Assembly: GCA_035361955.1 (NCBI GenBank)
Contig: DAOSDC010000007.1
Location: forward strand, 12,682 to 76,681
Length of the DNA stretch: 64,000 bases
DNA from: Bacilli bacterium
Lineage (GTDB): Bacteria > Bacillota_I > Bacilli_A > RFN20 > CAG-826
Reading direction: 5' to 3'
The notes beneath the pieces are model-generated. The model saw only the letters and a program-made list of their open reading frames with translations, had not been told where the DNA came from and did not search any database. Position numbers and translations under genes: made by a program. Shown one piece after another: positions 1 through 9,810 of this stretch. The first letter of the stretch is position 1. Every line of letters starts with the position of its first letter.

Positions 1-1351
1 GGCTACGATAATCGAGATTGATTGTTCCGATGATGCCGACTTGATCGTCGGCGATAATCATTTTGGTATGGATGAAACCCGGCTTGTATTCATAGATTTT
101 GATACCGGCATCAAGAAGGGCTGGATAATTTGAACGCGTCATCGCATAGATGATTTTTTTATCAGGGATGCCCGCGGTCACAATGTTGACTTCGACACCA
201 CGAAGCGCCGCATTGATAAGCGTGGTTTTCATTACGAAGTCGATAATTAAATATGGCGTCGTAATCGTGACGTAATGCTGGGCTTGGTTGATGATTTGGC
301 AATAAGCCGAATGGGCGATTTGATGTTCATATAGCGGTTTGGGACCATCGCCAAACGCCTGAACATAACCTTGGCTCGAAAAGTATGGGAAATCGCGAAT
401 TACATAAGGTCGCAAATCTTCCGATTGCTTGGAGTGCATCGCATACATTTGCATGAACATTCCTGTCAGTGCCTTGACACCTTCGCCCTCTAACCGAAGT
501 CCCCCGTCTTTCCAGTGCCCGAATCGTGTTTTCCGATTGACGTATTCATCGGCGATATTGGCACCTCCAATGTATCCAATCGTGCCATCGATAACCGTGA
601 TTTTCCGGTGATCGCGATTGTTATATATCGAGGAGAAGAATACATTGACACGGTTGAAGTTGACACATTTAATGCCCATTTTGCGCAGTTTTTTATCATA
701 ATTCAGCGATAGCTTACCAATCGTTCCCACATCGTCATAAATGACGCGCACTTCGACACCTTCACTCACTTTTCGTTTCAATATTTCGAGAATTTCCGAC
801 CATAAATACCCTTTGTCGATGATGAAGTATTCTAAGAAAATGAACGATTTTGCCTCAGAGACATCCTCACGCATTTTCATGAACAGCGACTCGCCCGAAG
901 CGAAATAGTCGGTTTTCGTATGACTGTAGGCTGGAAAGGCGTTGGTGCGGTATAAATATTCACTTTGGCCGTAATAGGCGCCTAAATCAATCGCGCGAAC
1001 GCGAATCATGTCGTGAGAAAACGGCAGTGTCTCCCGAACTTTTTGTAAATGGTTCAAGTAAGCTTCGTAGTGTGATTTTTTGACGCGGTTAGGAGAAAAC
1101 AGAATAAATAAACCAATGCCAAACAAAGGCACGATCGATATCAGGATTATCCAAGGTATTTTGTGGTCGGGATTGATGCCTTGATTGACAAGAAAAATGT
1201 AAACGACGACCCCTAGCGAAGCGGATACGAGATTGAAATAAACAAAGTAATCGGACAGAAATATTTGGAAATAGAAAAACACCGCAATTTGCAAAATTAC
1301 GAACAATATCGACAAGAAGAAACGATTGATGAAAAAGCGTAGGATTCTCAT
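1..1351 (-). CDS. cls: Cardiolipin synthase (phospholipase D superfamily); 3' end lies beyond the left edge of the window
   Basis: Absent from the ORF track because there is no stop codon in the window. Manual translation from the ATG at 1351 stays open to position 1. It gives N-terminal TM helices and then two HKD motifs (NNRDHRKITVIDG and HTKMIIADDQVGIIGTINLDYRS). Confidence 0.85.
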   Translation of the reverse strand, partial: MRILRFFINRFFLSILFVILQIAVFFYFQIFLSDYFVYFNLVSASLGVVVYIFLVNQGINPDHKIPWIILISIVPLFGIGLFILFSPNRVKKSHYEAYLNHLQKVRETLPFSHDMIRVRAIDLGAYYGQSEYLYRTNAFPAYSHTKTDYFASGESLFMKMREDVSEAKSFIFLEYFIIDKGYLWSEILEILKRKVSEGVEVRVIYDDVGTIGKLSLNYDKKLRKMGIKCVNFNRVNVFFSSIYNNRDHRKITVIDGTIGYIGGANIADEYVNRKTRFGHWKDGGLRLEGEGVKALTGMFMQMYAMHSKQSEDLRPYVIRDFPYFSSQGYVQAFGDGPKPLYEHQIAHSAYCQIINQAQHYVTITTPYLIIDFVMKTTLINAALRGVEVNIVTAGIPDKKIIYAMTRSNYPALLDAGIKIYEYKPGFIHTKMIIADDQVGIIGTINLDYRS

Positions 1352-1463
1352 GTTATTGGCATCTATATTTTACATCGGCGATGCCATCTTTTTAACAATA
1401 TCTCACAAGTGGTTAACAAGCGTTGTCAAATGGAGTAAATTAGTTTCATAGAGGGACTTTTTT

Positions 1464-2804
1464 TTGAGAAATCGTCCACGATTCGTTACCCAAGAGCAAA
1501 ACAAACTTCGCCTTCAAGCGATTACCAAACTTTTTTCCACGGCCGCGATGACCATCGCCACGGTCGTAGTCGTCAGCGTCGTCGTGCCTAGGAGCCCCAG
1601 CGCTTCGCTAAGCGGGGTTAATGTTTTTGCCGATCGGATCACTTACCAAGCCCAAGTCGTCGATCCTGACAGCGCGATTAATAACGATACACTGAAAGTG
1701 CGTTTGTCAAACCAACTTGAGCGTTATGAACAATCGTTGCCATTTGGCACCTCGTTAGGAATGTTTGAGGGACTTTTGGCGAACACGCAATATATGCTTG
1801 AGATTGTCGCCAATAAAGGCTTTGGCGAAGAGCGCTTAGCATCGCAACGGTTGAAGACGTATCCTAAAGACGGCGGAGCGATACTCGATGTGCGGCGTAT
1901 CTATGATGATATATCGTTTGATCACCGCCTCGAAATCGACGTCGCCGTCTATAACGACAACCAAACTTATTTATCGTTTGCGCTCGAATACGCGTTTGGT
2001 TATGAATATTATCAAGAATATGAGAGCGAATCGAGCATCGAACAACCGCTTGAATACGTTTCGGAGCCAATTACCGAGTCTTTTTCCACGATCGTCGTCA
2101 GTCAGTACTTAAGTTATGAAACCATCGTCTATTTAAGGCTGATTGGCTACCTCGACGGAGGACAAACGGAAGTAATCGACGAAATAATCGACCGACAAGC
2201 GTTTGAATTACAAATCTATGCCGGCATCGAACAAGTGACCACCCAAAGCATCGAACTATATGTTTATCCTGATAGTCGCGTTGGCAAAAATGCGACTTAC
2301 GTGGCGGCGATTTACCGCGGAAGTCAAAAGATCGATGAAAAGCCGATCATAATTCCAGAACATAACCAAGAACAATATGAAATGGATGTCGGAGTAATAT
2401 TTTCATCACTACGGTCATTGACGGAATACACGCTTATCGTCACCGCCTCATTTATAAATCCCGACACGTTACGACAAGACACATTTGCTATTGAACCGCT
2501 ACTGGTAACCACCAGCGGAGACTATGACTATGAGCTTAACGTTAGTGAAACCGACACGAATTATATCGCCGTCGTAACACTAATCGATCCGCATCATAAT
2601 TTCCAGCAATTCTTCTATGAGATTTATCAGCCCGACACCTCGTATCCGACTGGATCTGGCAACTCTGGGTTTCTAAGTCCCGAGAATAAAACATCGACAC
2701 TGACGATTGCCAAGCCGCCCTTCGCTGATTACCGCATTGTAATTGGGGTTCGTAACATAACGAACTATTATCGTTACGATGTGCTATATACGATGACACC
2801 ATAA
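1464..2804 (+). CDS. Hypothetical membrane-anchored extracytoplasmic protein with about four tandem beta-sandwich-like modules
   Basis: TTG start 9 nt after GAGGGA. N-terminal TM helix AAMTIATVVVVSVVV. No catalytic motif recognised. Segments of roughly 100 aa end in similar strands (TQYMLEIVANKG, TEYTLIVTASF, DYRIVIGVRN). Confidence 0.55.
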   Translation: MRNRPRFVTQEQNKLRLQAITKLFSTAAMTIATVVVVSVVVPRSPSASLSGVNVFADRITYQAQVVDPDSAINNDTLKVRLSNQLERYEQSLPFGTSLGMFEGLLANTQYMLEIVANKGFGEERLASQRLKTYPKDGGAILDVRRIYDDISFDHRLEIDVAVYNDNQTYLSFALEYAFGYEYYQEYESESSIEQPLEYVSEPITESFSTIVVSQYLSYETIVYLRLIGYLDGGQTEVIDEIIDRQAFELQIYAGIEQVTTQSIELYVYPDSRVGKNATYVAAIYRGSQKIDEKPIIIPEHNQEQYEMDVGVIFSSLRSLTEYTLIVTASFINPDTLRQDTFAIEPLLVTTSGDYDYELNVSETDTNYIAVVTLIDPHHNFQQFFYEIYQPDTSYPTGSGNSGFLSPENKTSTLTIAKPPFADYRIVIGVRNITNYYRYDVLYTMTP

Positions 2805-2810
2805 AGGGGA

Positions 2811-3770
2811 TTGATGGATATGAAATTTTTAAAAGCGATGTCGAAGAAGGCGAAGATCAGGTTTTTTATAACCGGAGGCGTGATTTTATTATTAGTGCTC
2901 GTCGGGACGCTTGTGCCCATCATTTTCCAAGGATCGGATTTTGCCGCGATTATCGATAATAGCATCGGTAAGTTTTTCAATATTTGGGATTTCTTGAAAA
3001 ACAATTACGTGACGCTGCTTGAATCATTGGCGATTGTTATTTTCATTTGGATTGTCAAAGTTTTACTCGTCTTTATTGTCAGTTTATTCATGAAAAAGAA
3101 CCATCGCTCGGAAACGCTTGGGCGCCTAATTGTCAGTGCGATTACCTATGCCGCGGTCATCACGGCCGTGTTTCTGATTTTAAGCGCTTGGGGTGTTCAG
3201 CAAGCAACACTACTAGCGGCCGCCGGCATCTTGGGCTTAGCCGTATCGTTCGGCGCTCAAAGTCTGATTGAAGACATTTTCGCCGGATTATTCATCATTT
3301 TTGAAAAACAATTTCTCGTTGGCGATGTGATTCAAGTGGGCAACCATCGTGGCATCGTGCGCGAGATTGGCATTCGAATCACTAAAATCGAAGATGTCAA
3401 CGGCGATGTCTTGATTATTAACAATTCTGATGTCAGAGGCACAATCAACACCTCAATCAATCCATCCCCCGCGATTTGCGAAGTATCGATTTCGTACAAA
3501 GAAGACATTGAGCGAGTCGAGAAGATCATCAAAGACAATTTGGAATCGATCAAAAAGAAAATTCCTGAGATTATAGAAGGACCATATTATTACGGAGTCC
3601 AGAAACTTGGTGATTCTGGAATTACGTTAAGGTTATATGCTCGTAGCGATGAACTAAAACGATATGCTGTTATGCGGGCGATGAATCGTGAAATCAAAAT
3701 CTTATTTGATAAGCATAAAATTGAAATTCCGTTCCCGCAAGTCGTCGTGCATACGGCCAAAGACGAATAG
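2811..3770 (+). CDS. Mechanosensitive ion channel, MscS family
   Basis: TM helices followed by the MscS signature region GAQSLIEDIFAGLFIIFEKQFLVGDVIQVGNHRGIVREIGIRITKIED. The start is ambiguous (TTG 2811, ATG 2814 or ATG 2820). ATG 2820 has the best spacing to the AAGGGGA Shine-Dalgarno (SD) sequence. Confidence 0.85.
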   Translation: MMDMKFLKAMSKKAKIRFFITGGVILLLVLVGTLVPIIFQGSDFAAIIDNSIGKFFNIWDFLKNNYVTLLESLAIVIFIWIVKVLLVFIVSLFMKKNHRSETLGRLIVSAITYAAVITAVFLILSAWGVQQATLLAAAGILGLAVSFGAQSLIEDIFAGLFIIFEKQFLVGDVIQVGNHRGIVREIGIRITKIEDVNGDVLIINNSDVRGTINTSINPSPAICEVSISYKEDIERVEKIIKDNLESIKKKIPEIIEGPYYYGVQKLGDSGITLRLYARSDELKRYAVMRAMNREIKILFDKHKIEIPFPQVVVHTAKDE

Positions 3771-3883
3771 AAACATAGAAAACAAAGAAATCATATATTC
3801 ATCCAAGCTTGTTAGATTGACCTGCTAGCGTTTTTTAAGATATGATTGCTATTAGAAATATCCAATAATAGGAGCGTCACTAT

Positions 3884-5326
3884 ATGAAACTTGACTCAAA
3901 GAAAACTATCCTGGTCGGCTTCGCTTTTTTAACTATCAGCATGTTTTGGGTCGTCTATGACACGATTATCTCAAAATTACTGATTAATTCGTTTGGTCTG
4001 AATCAGACATGGTCCGGTGTCTTAATGGCGCTTGACAATATGCTGGCGCTTGTACTTCTGCCGTTGTTTGGGTTATGGTCGGATCGCACCAAATCCAAAT
4101 ATGGAAAACGGACTCCCTATATCTTTTTCGGGACGATCATTGCCGCTATCGTCATCGTTGGCGTCGGCATCGTCGATTATTATCAACTGATGGCCGTTGA
4201 AGGCGCCGGCATCGGCCCCGTGCTTGGAACGACTGAAGCCGGATACACCTTCTTGGGTTCGGATTTACTTTATTCGACCAAAGAATTGGCAACCGTTGCC
4301 CGTCGCAATCTCATTTTTAACAACATCACGTCGGTTAATCCGACATTATTAATCGTATTTATTGGCGTATTGTTCATCGTCTTGATTGCGATGTCGCTTT
4401 ATCGGACTCCGGCCGTTAGTTTGATGCCCGACGTCACCCCCAAACCATTACGTAGTAAAGCTAACGCCATCATCAACTTAATGGGAACCGTCGGTGGAAT
4501 GATTTCGCTTGGTTTCATGACGTTTTTAGCGAAAGACTATCAATCTTATATTCCTGCGTTCGTAGCGCTTGCCGTATTAATGTTGGGCTTCCTGGCGGCA
4601 TTCATGTTTACCGTCAAAGAAGTCAAATGGGTGAAGGAAAACAACGAACTCATGGTGCGTGAAGGTTTGATGGACGAAAAAGAAGCTGAAGAAATTCTTG
4701 AAGGTAAAGAAGAAAAGATGCCTAAAGACGTTCGTCGCAGTTTCTTGTTAATCTTGGCTTCGGTCGTTTTATGGTTCTTCGCCTATAACGCGGCTACGAG
4801 CAAATTTTCAGTTTATGCTACCGATGTTTTGAATACCGGATTCACATTGCCGTTATTAGTGGCGAACTTAACCGCGCTGATTACATTTATACCTATTGGT
4901 ATAATTGCAACCAAGATCGGTCGTAAAAAAACGATTTTAATTGGCATCGGTATTTTAACGGCCGCCTTCGTGTTAGCGATTTTCCTGACTGAACAAACGG
5001 CGCTACTCATTTGGGTGACGATGGCATTAGCAGGTGTCGGCTGGGCGACGATTAACGTCAACTCCTATCCGATGGTCGTCGAGATGTCAAAAGGATCTAA
5101 TATTGGAAAGTATACCGGTTATTATTACACCGCCTCGATGGCGGCGCAAATATTCACGCCCATTATTTCAGGCGCGCTCATGGATTGGCTCGGCATGCGA
5201 GTTTTATTCCCATACAGCACGGTTTTCATTATCGCGGCTTTCGTCACGATGTATTTTGTCAAACACGGTGATAGCAAACCAATGCGACAAGGAAATCTTG
5301 AAGCACTTGCCGGAGCGGACGATTAA
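3884..5326 (+). CDS. MFS transporter (GPH/SLC45-like, probable sugar:cation symporter)
   Basis: About 12 TM segments. Motif LFGLWSDRTKSKYGKRTPYIFFG after TM2. Central charged loop. AGGAG SD 10 nt upstream. Confidence 0.7.
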   Translation: MKLDSKKTILVGFAFLTISMFWVVYDTIISKLLINSFGLNQTWSGVLMALDNMLALVLLPLFGLWSDRTKSKYGKRTPYIFFGTIIAAIVIVGVGIVDYYQLMAVEGAGIGPVLGTTEAGYTFLGSDLLYSTKELATVARRNLIFNNITSVNPTLLIVFIGVLFIVLIAMSLYRTPAVSLMPDVTPKPLRSKANAIINLMGTVGGMISLGFMTFLAKDYQSYIPAFVALAVLMLGFLAAFMFTVKEVKWVKENNELMVREGLMDEKEAEEILEGKEEKMPKDVRRSFLLILASVVLWFFAYNAATSKFSVYATDVLNTGFTLPLLVANLTALITFIPIGIIATKIGRKKTILIGIGILTAAFVLAIFLTEQTALLIWVTMALAGVGWATINVNSYPMVVEMSKGSNIGKYTGYYYTASMAAQIFTPIISGALMDWLGMRVLFPYSTVFIIAAFVTMYFVKHGDSKPMRQGNLEALAGADD

Positions 5327-5397
5327 TTAACTTATTAGGCTTGCCCATCTAACTTTATCGTCGTTTTTGTCCTACAATAAATAAAGAGGTAACAAAT

Positions 5398-6294
5398 ATG
5401 ATTGGTGAAGAATACGTTTTTACGCGACCAAACGGCGAAGTCATCCGCGGGATCCGCTGGCCGAATCCCCAAGGCAAGGCCGTGCTTATCATCGTCACGG
5501 GTATGGAAGAGCATGCGAGTCGTTATGAGCACTTTGCCGTGTCATTCCACGAACAAGGGTTTGAAGTATTTTGTCTCGACCATTTTGGACAAGGCGCCAA
5601 TGCTCGCGACGAAAAAAAGCGTGGCGTCTGGCCCATCGGCGCGTTTGAAACAACGGTCGATGTCGTCGCTGAGTTGATTGACAAAGTCAAAAATGACCGA
5701 CCCGTTTATTTGTTTGGCCATTCGCTTGGCTCCTTCATCTCGCAACGATTTATTCAAAAATACGGTAACAGGCTTGAAAAAGTCGTTTTATGTGGTACAA
5801 ACGGCCCCGATAAAATGGTCAAGATTGGCTTTATGCTCGCCAATTTGATTGTGGGAAAACGTGGCTATCAGAAAAAATCGAAACTATTCAACGACATGGT
5901 GTTTGGCGCTTACGCCAAATCGATACCAAACGCCAAGACACCATTCGACTGGCTTTCATACAATGAAGAGAATGTCACTAAATACATCGAAGATCCCTAC
6001 TGCGGCTATGGTTCGACTGGTGGTTTCTATAAAGAGTTCCTACGCGGTTTGAGCAAACTATTTAAAAAAGCCGAACTTGAAAAGATACCTAAGAAGTTAC
6101 CGATTTTGTTAATCGCCGGTGCCGAAGACCCCGTGGGAAATAACGGTAACGGTGTGCATGAGCTTGAAGGCATTTATCGGGCACTTGGCATTAAAACCGT
6201 ACGCAAAATCATCTACGACCATATGCGTCACGAAATTCTAAATGAAATCGACCGCCATCTTGTTTACCAAGATGTGACCAATTTCCTTCAGTAG
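5398..6294 (+). CDS. Alpha/beta hydrolase (lysophospholipase / monoacylglycerol-lipase-like)
   Basis: Nucleophile elbow GHSLGS (LFGHSLGSFISQ). Late DHMRHE region consistent with the Asp/His of a catalytic triad. AGAGGT SD upstream. Confidence 0.75.
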   Translation: MIGEEYVFTRPNGEVIRGIRWPNPQGKAVLIIVTGMEEHASRYEHFAVSFHEQGFEVFCLDHFGQGANARDEKKRGVWPIGAFETTVDVVAELIDKVKNDRPVYLFGHSLGSFISQRFIQKYGNRLEKVVLCGTNGPDKMVKIGFMLANLIVGKRGYQKKSKLFNDMVFGAYAKSIPNAKTPFDWLSYNEENVTKYIEDPYCGYGSTGGFYKEFLRGLSKLFKKAELEKIPKKLPILLIAGAEDPVGNNGNGVHELEGIYRALGIKTVRKIIYDHMRHEILNEIDRHLVYQDVTNFLQ

Positions 6295-6299
6295 CAATT

Positions 6300-6326
6300 A
6301 ACCTCGGATGTTATTCCGAGGTTTTA
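6300..6326 (+). terminator. Rho-independent terminator of the hydrolase gene; its hairpin contains the stop codon and last codons of the convergent alpha-galactosidase gene
   Basis: AACCTCGGA-tgttat-TCCGAGGTT followed by TTTT on the + strand. Confidence 0.6.
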
Positions 6327-8662
6327 ATTTGTTTTATATAAAATAGTTCCGAACCAAAATCGCCTAAAACGCGGACATCTTTGCTATATCCGGTTCCCGC
6401 CCATTGGGGCCGCAACCGCACGCCGCCATGATTAAGCGCCGATCCGGGCACAATATATGTTTCTTCGTTAGTCGCCTTCATGATTTGTTCCATCGTTTTC
6501 CGCTTATCGATGAAATTGACGAGCGGTCCATTTTCGTTTAACTGAATCGGGGCGACGTGGTTGATGAGTCCGCCAAACATTTTCAAACGATGATCGTATA
6601 TACGCGCACTGACCTTATATGTCAGCATTTCATCGAAGCCATAACCTGGTAACACATCGGTGCCCGCCAGTAAACTTTGCAGTTTGTTAAAGCGGCCGAT
6701 AATCGCTTCGGAACAATCTTCGCTTTTTACCATCCAAGCGATGAACCCAGGATAATCGGGGACCGTCAGTTGGTAAAACCTTCCATATTGGAGCAAAGCG
6801 CGGTGTGATTTGTAGTAGGTAATTTGCTCTTTGAGCGCTTTAAAATCGACATCGTCGAGTTTTCTTAAATCGAGTTCATAGCCAAGGTTACCAAACGCCG
6901 CCACATGGAAGCGCGTCTCGATTGGTGTATTACGAAGCATTTGATGCGAAGGCGTGGCCGACACGTGAGCGCCGATGACCGATAGCGGATAACCTAGCGA
7001 AATACCCGCTTGGATATAGTAACGCGCATAGGCATCGGTATTGTCGCTTGTCCACATTTGCTGGAAGAAGCAAAGCATCCCTAAATCAAAACGATTGCCA
7101 CCTGAGGCGCACCCTTCCCACAGCACATGCTCATATTTGCTCGTCAGTACCTTCAAGACGCGGTAGAGTCCGAGGATGTAGCGATGATAAAGCTCGCCAC
7201 TATGATATGAAGATGACCCGAAATCGGTGATATGGCGATTCATGTCCCATTTGACATATTCGATATGAGCGCTGTCAAGCACGCTACCGATTTGCTCAAT
7301 TAAATACGCCTGTACTTCAAAATTTGACAAATCAAGCACTAATTGATGCCGGCCAAGACTCGGCTCATATCCATCAGTTTTAATCGCCCAATCGGGATGG
7401 TCATGATACAAATTTGAGTTGATATTGACCATTTCGGGTTCAAACCAGAGTCCGAACTTCATGCCTTTAGCGTTGGCCTTATCCGCTAAATAGGCAAGAC
7501 CACGCGGAAGTTTCTTTTCGTTCACGTCATAATCGCCCAAACCTTTGGTATCGTCATTGCGATTAGAAAACCAACCGTCGTCGAGCACGAATAGTTCAAT
7601 GCCGGCCTGTTTGGCTGCGCTCATCAACGAAGTTAGTTTTGCTTCATTGAATTTAAAATAAGTCGCTTCCCAGTTATTGAGTAAAATCGGTCGCTCTTTG
7701 TTGGCCCAGGGTCCTTTGATGATATGGTGATTGACAAAACGGTGCATGTTTTGGGAGACGCCGTTTTGGCCACACTTGGACACACTCATGATGGCAATGG
7801 GCGTCTCAAATTTGCCGTTTTTAGGCAAGCGGTAATGAAACATAAATGGATTAATGCCGAGTTGGATCCGTACGCGGTCGTAACTTGTAAGTTCCACCAT
7901 TTCATAGTGATTGCCGCTATAAAGCAAGTTGAAGGCAAAAGTGATGCCATGATTAAGGCCGGAAGTTTCGGACAAGAGCATGAAAAATGGATTGTGACGA
8001 TTGCTGCTGTTGCCTGTTTTGCTGTCGTTAATGTGAATTCCTTGAGTAACTTTACGGCGATTGATATTGTTTTCAGCGCCCCAAGCGCCGTAAAGATTGA
8101 GCAATTCAAAACCACGATTGGGCATGTCAAGTTGTAAACTCATGAGTTTGTCAATTACCAGATCTTGATCACTTTCATTGGACAACACGACATGACGGGA
8201 TATGGTATCTGCTTTAGTGAAGACGCCATAATATAATTCGGCTTTAAGTTTTTGAACCTTGTCTACCAAAGTTATTTTCAAAACTTCATCGACATGGTGG
8301 GGCATCGGCAAGGCGTCAAGCGGCAGATAATCAGTCAATATTTCATCGCTTTCATAGATGAAGTCGAGCACTTGGCTTGTTTCGCTTTGTAAAATCAGAC
8401 TTGGCTCGCGAAAATCGCCTTTGCCACTGACGGCGAACTCCATAGATAAACCATCAAGCGAAATGTTCGGCAATTGCTCATCATAGACGATTTCTGTCCC
8501 GTGCGTAAATGCCGTCTTATTTACCAAGTAATCATAATTTTCCCCAAAAGGAACTTGAGGACCATAATACTCGCATACAAGATGACCAGTTATGGAAATG
8601 TTTAGAACCAAAGATGTCGTTTTGGTGTTGATGTGAATAATGGAACCGGTTTTTTTAATCAT
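6311..8662 (-). CDS. Alpha-galactosidase, glycoside hydrolase family 36
   Basis: GH36 motifs FVLDDGWF, YVKWDMNR and EGCASGGNRFD. I prefer the ATG at 8662 (MIKKTGSIIHI...), which has a GAGGT SD 5 nt upstream, over the track start at 8680. Confidence 0.9.
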   Translation of the reverse strand: MIKKTGSIIHINTKTTSLVLNISITGHLVCEYYGPQVPFGENYDYLVNKTAFTHGTEIVYDEQLPNISLDGLSMEFAVSGKGDFREPSLILQSETSQVLDFIYESDEILTDYLPLDALPMPHHVDEVLKITLVDKVQKLKAELYYGVFTKADTISRHVVLSNESDQDLVIDKLMSLQLDMPNRGFELLNLYGAWGAENNINRRKVTQGIHINDSKTGNSSNRHNPFFMLLSETSGLNHGITFAFNLLYSGNHYEMVELTSYDRVRIQLGINPFMFHYRLPKNGKFETPIAIMSVSKCGQNGVSQNMHRFVNHHIIKGPWANKERPILLNNWEATYFKFNEAKLTSLMSAAKQAGIELFVLDDGWFSNRNDDTKGLGDYDVNEKKLPRGLAYLADKANAKGMKFGLWFEPEMVNINSNLYHDHPDWAIKTDGYEPSLGRHQLVLDLSNFEVQAYLIEQIGSVLDSAHIEYVKWDMNRHITDFGSSSYHSGELYHRYILGLYRVLKVLTSKYEHVLWEGCASGGNRFDLGMLCFFQQMWTSDNTDAYARYYIQAGISLGYPLSVIGAHVSATPSHQMLRNTPIETRFHVAAFGNLGYELDLRKLDDVDFKALKEQITYYKSHRALLQYGRFYQLTVPDYPGFIAWMVKSEDCSEAIIGRFNKLQSLLAGTDVLPGYGFDEMLTYKVSARIYDHRLKMFGGLINHVAPIQLNENGPLVNFIDKRKTMEQIMKATNEETYIVPGSALNHGGVRLRPQWAGTGYSKDVRVLGDFGSELFYIKQIKTSE

Positions 8663-8797
8663 GGGATACCTCGAGGTCATTATATCAATTATGGCGTTTC
8701 AATCGAATAAGTGAAAGATGGACCGACGCAATAGGGAATGAATTCATTCGTCCATTAGTGTAAAATTATGATAATACTTCAAATTTGGAGGTAATGC

Positions 8798-9808
8798 ATG
8801 AGCACAATGAGACGGGGTTTTAGTTACACCAAGACCCGGGCCATTTTCGTCAGTTACTATCGCGATGGCACCTGGGACAGTGGACGTCTACAAGAAGACG
8901 ACCATATCACGATTTCCGCTTTTTCGACCGCGATTCATTATGGTCAACAAGCGTTTGAAGGTTTGAAAGCTTATCGAAGAAAAGATGGAGCCATCAATTT
9001 ATTCCGCTATATGGATAATGGGCGGCACTTAATGGATTCTTGCGAGCGCATGGTCATGCCTCCGGTCCCGTTACAACTATTTGACCACGCCGTAAAAACG
9101 ACGGTTTTGGCAAACGAACAATACATTCCACCTTATGGCACGGGTGAATCATTATACATTCGTCCGCTCGTGATCGGATTAGGACCGGTGCTGGGAGCGA
9201 TGCCGGCCAAAGAATACATGTTTATGGTAATGGTCTCACCAGTGGGACCATACTTTGAAGGCGGACTCAAACCCGTGCGCATGATGGCGACAAGTTACGA
9301 CCGAGCGGCTCCCCATGGTACGGGCAAGGCTAAATGCGGTGGCAATTATGGCGGCAGTTTCCTACCCCAAAAAGAAGCGCGCGCCAATGGCTGTGCCGAG
9401 GCACTGTTCCTCGATCCGGCGACGCACACCTACATTGATGAAGCTGGAGCGGCTAACTTTTTCGCCATCAGCGACAAAAACGAATACGTGACGCCCATCT
9501 CTTCCTCAATTCTTGATTCAATCACGCAACGATCATTGAAAACTCTCGCCCAACACAAACTTGGGATGACGATTGTTGAACGCCCGATCAAACTCGACGA
9601 GATCGGTACTTTCACTGAAGCCGGGGCATGTGGCACGGCCGCGGTCATCGCCCCGATTGGCGAAGTGCTTATCGGCGACAAGATCATCAAAATCGGACCC
9701 GAAGGAGTTGGACCGATTAGCCAGCGTCTTTATAATCTGCTGTTAGGTATCCAAGTCGGCGACATTGCCGACGAATTCGACTGGATTACGATTATTAAAC
9801 AGGAATAG
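8798..9808 (+). CDS. ilvE: Branched-chain amino acid aminotransferase (fold type IV PLP enzyme)
   Basis: Typical BCAT blocks HYGQQAFEGLKAY, LYIRPLVIG and GKAKCGGNYGGSFLPQKEA. GGAGG SD upstream. Confidence 0.85.
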   Translation: MSTMRRGFSYTKTRAIFVSYYRDGTWDSGRLQEDDHITISAFSTAIHYGQQAFEGLKAYRRKDGAINLFRYMDNGRHLMDSCERMVMPPVPLQLFDHAVKTTVLANEQYIPPYGTGESLYIRPLVIGLGPVLGAMPAKEYMFMVMVSPVGPYFEGGLKPVRMMATSYDRAAPHGTGKAKCGGNYGGSFLPQKEARANGCAEALFLDPATHTYIDEAGAANFFAISDKNEYVTPISSSILDSITQRSLKTLAQHKLGMTIVERPIKLDEIGTFTEAGACGTAAVIAPIGEVLIGDKIIKIGPEGVGPISQRLYNLLLGIQVGDIADEFDWITIIKQE

Positions 9809-9810
9809 CT

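Noticed and set aside
429-712. Three short ORFs from the track (429..611 +, 490..699 -, 515..712 +).
   Set aside because: They lie inside the cardiolipin synthase coding region, either out of frame or antisense to it. The cls frame is continuous and carries HKD motifs, so these are shadow ORFs.
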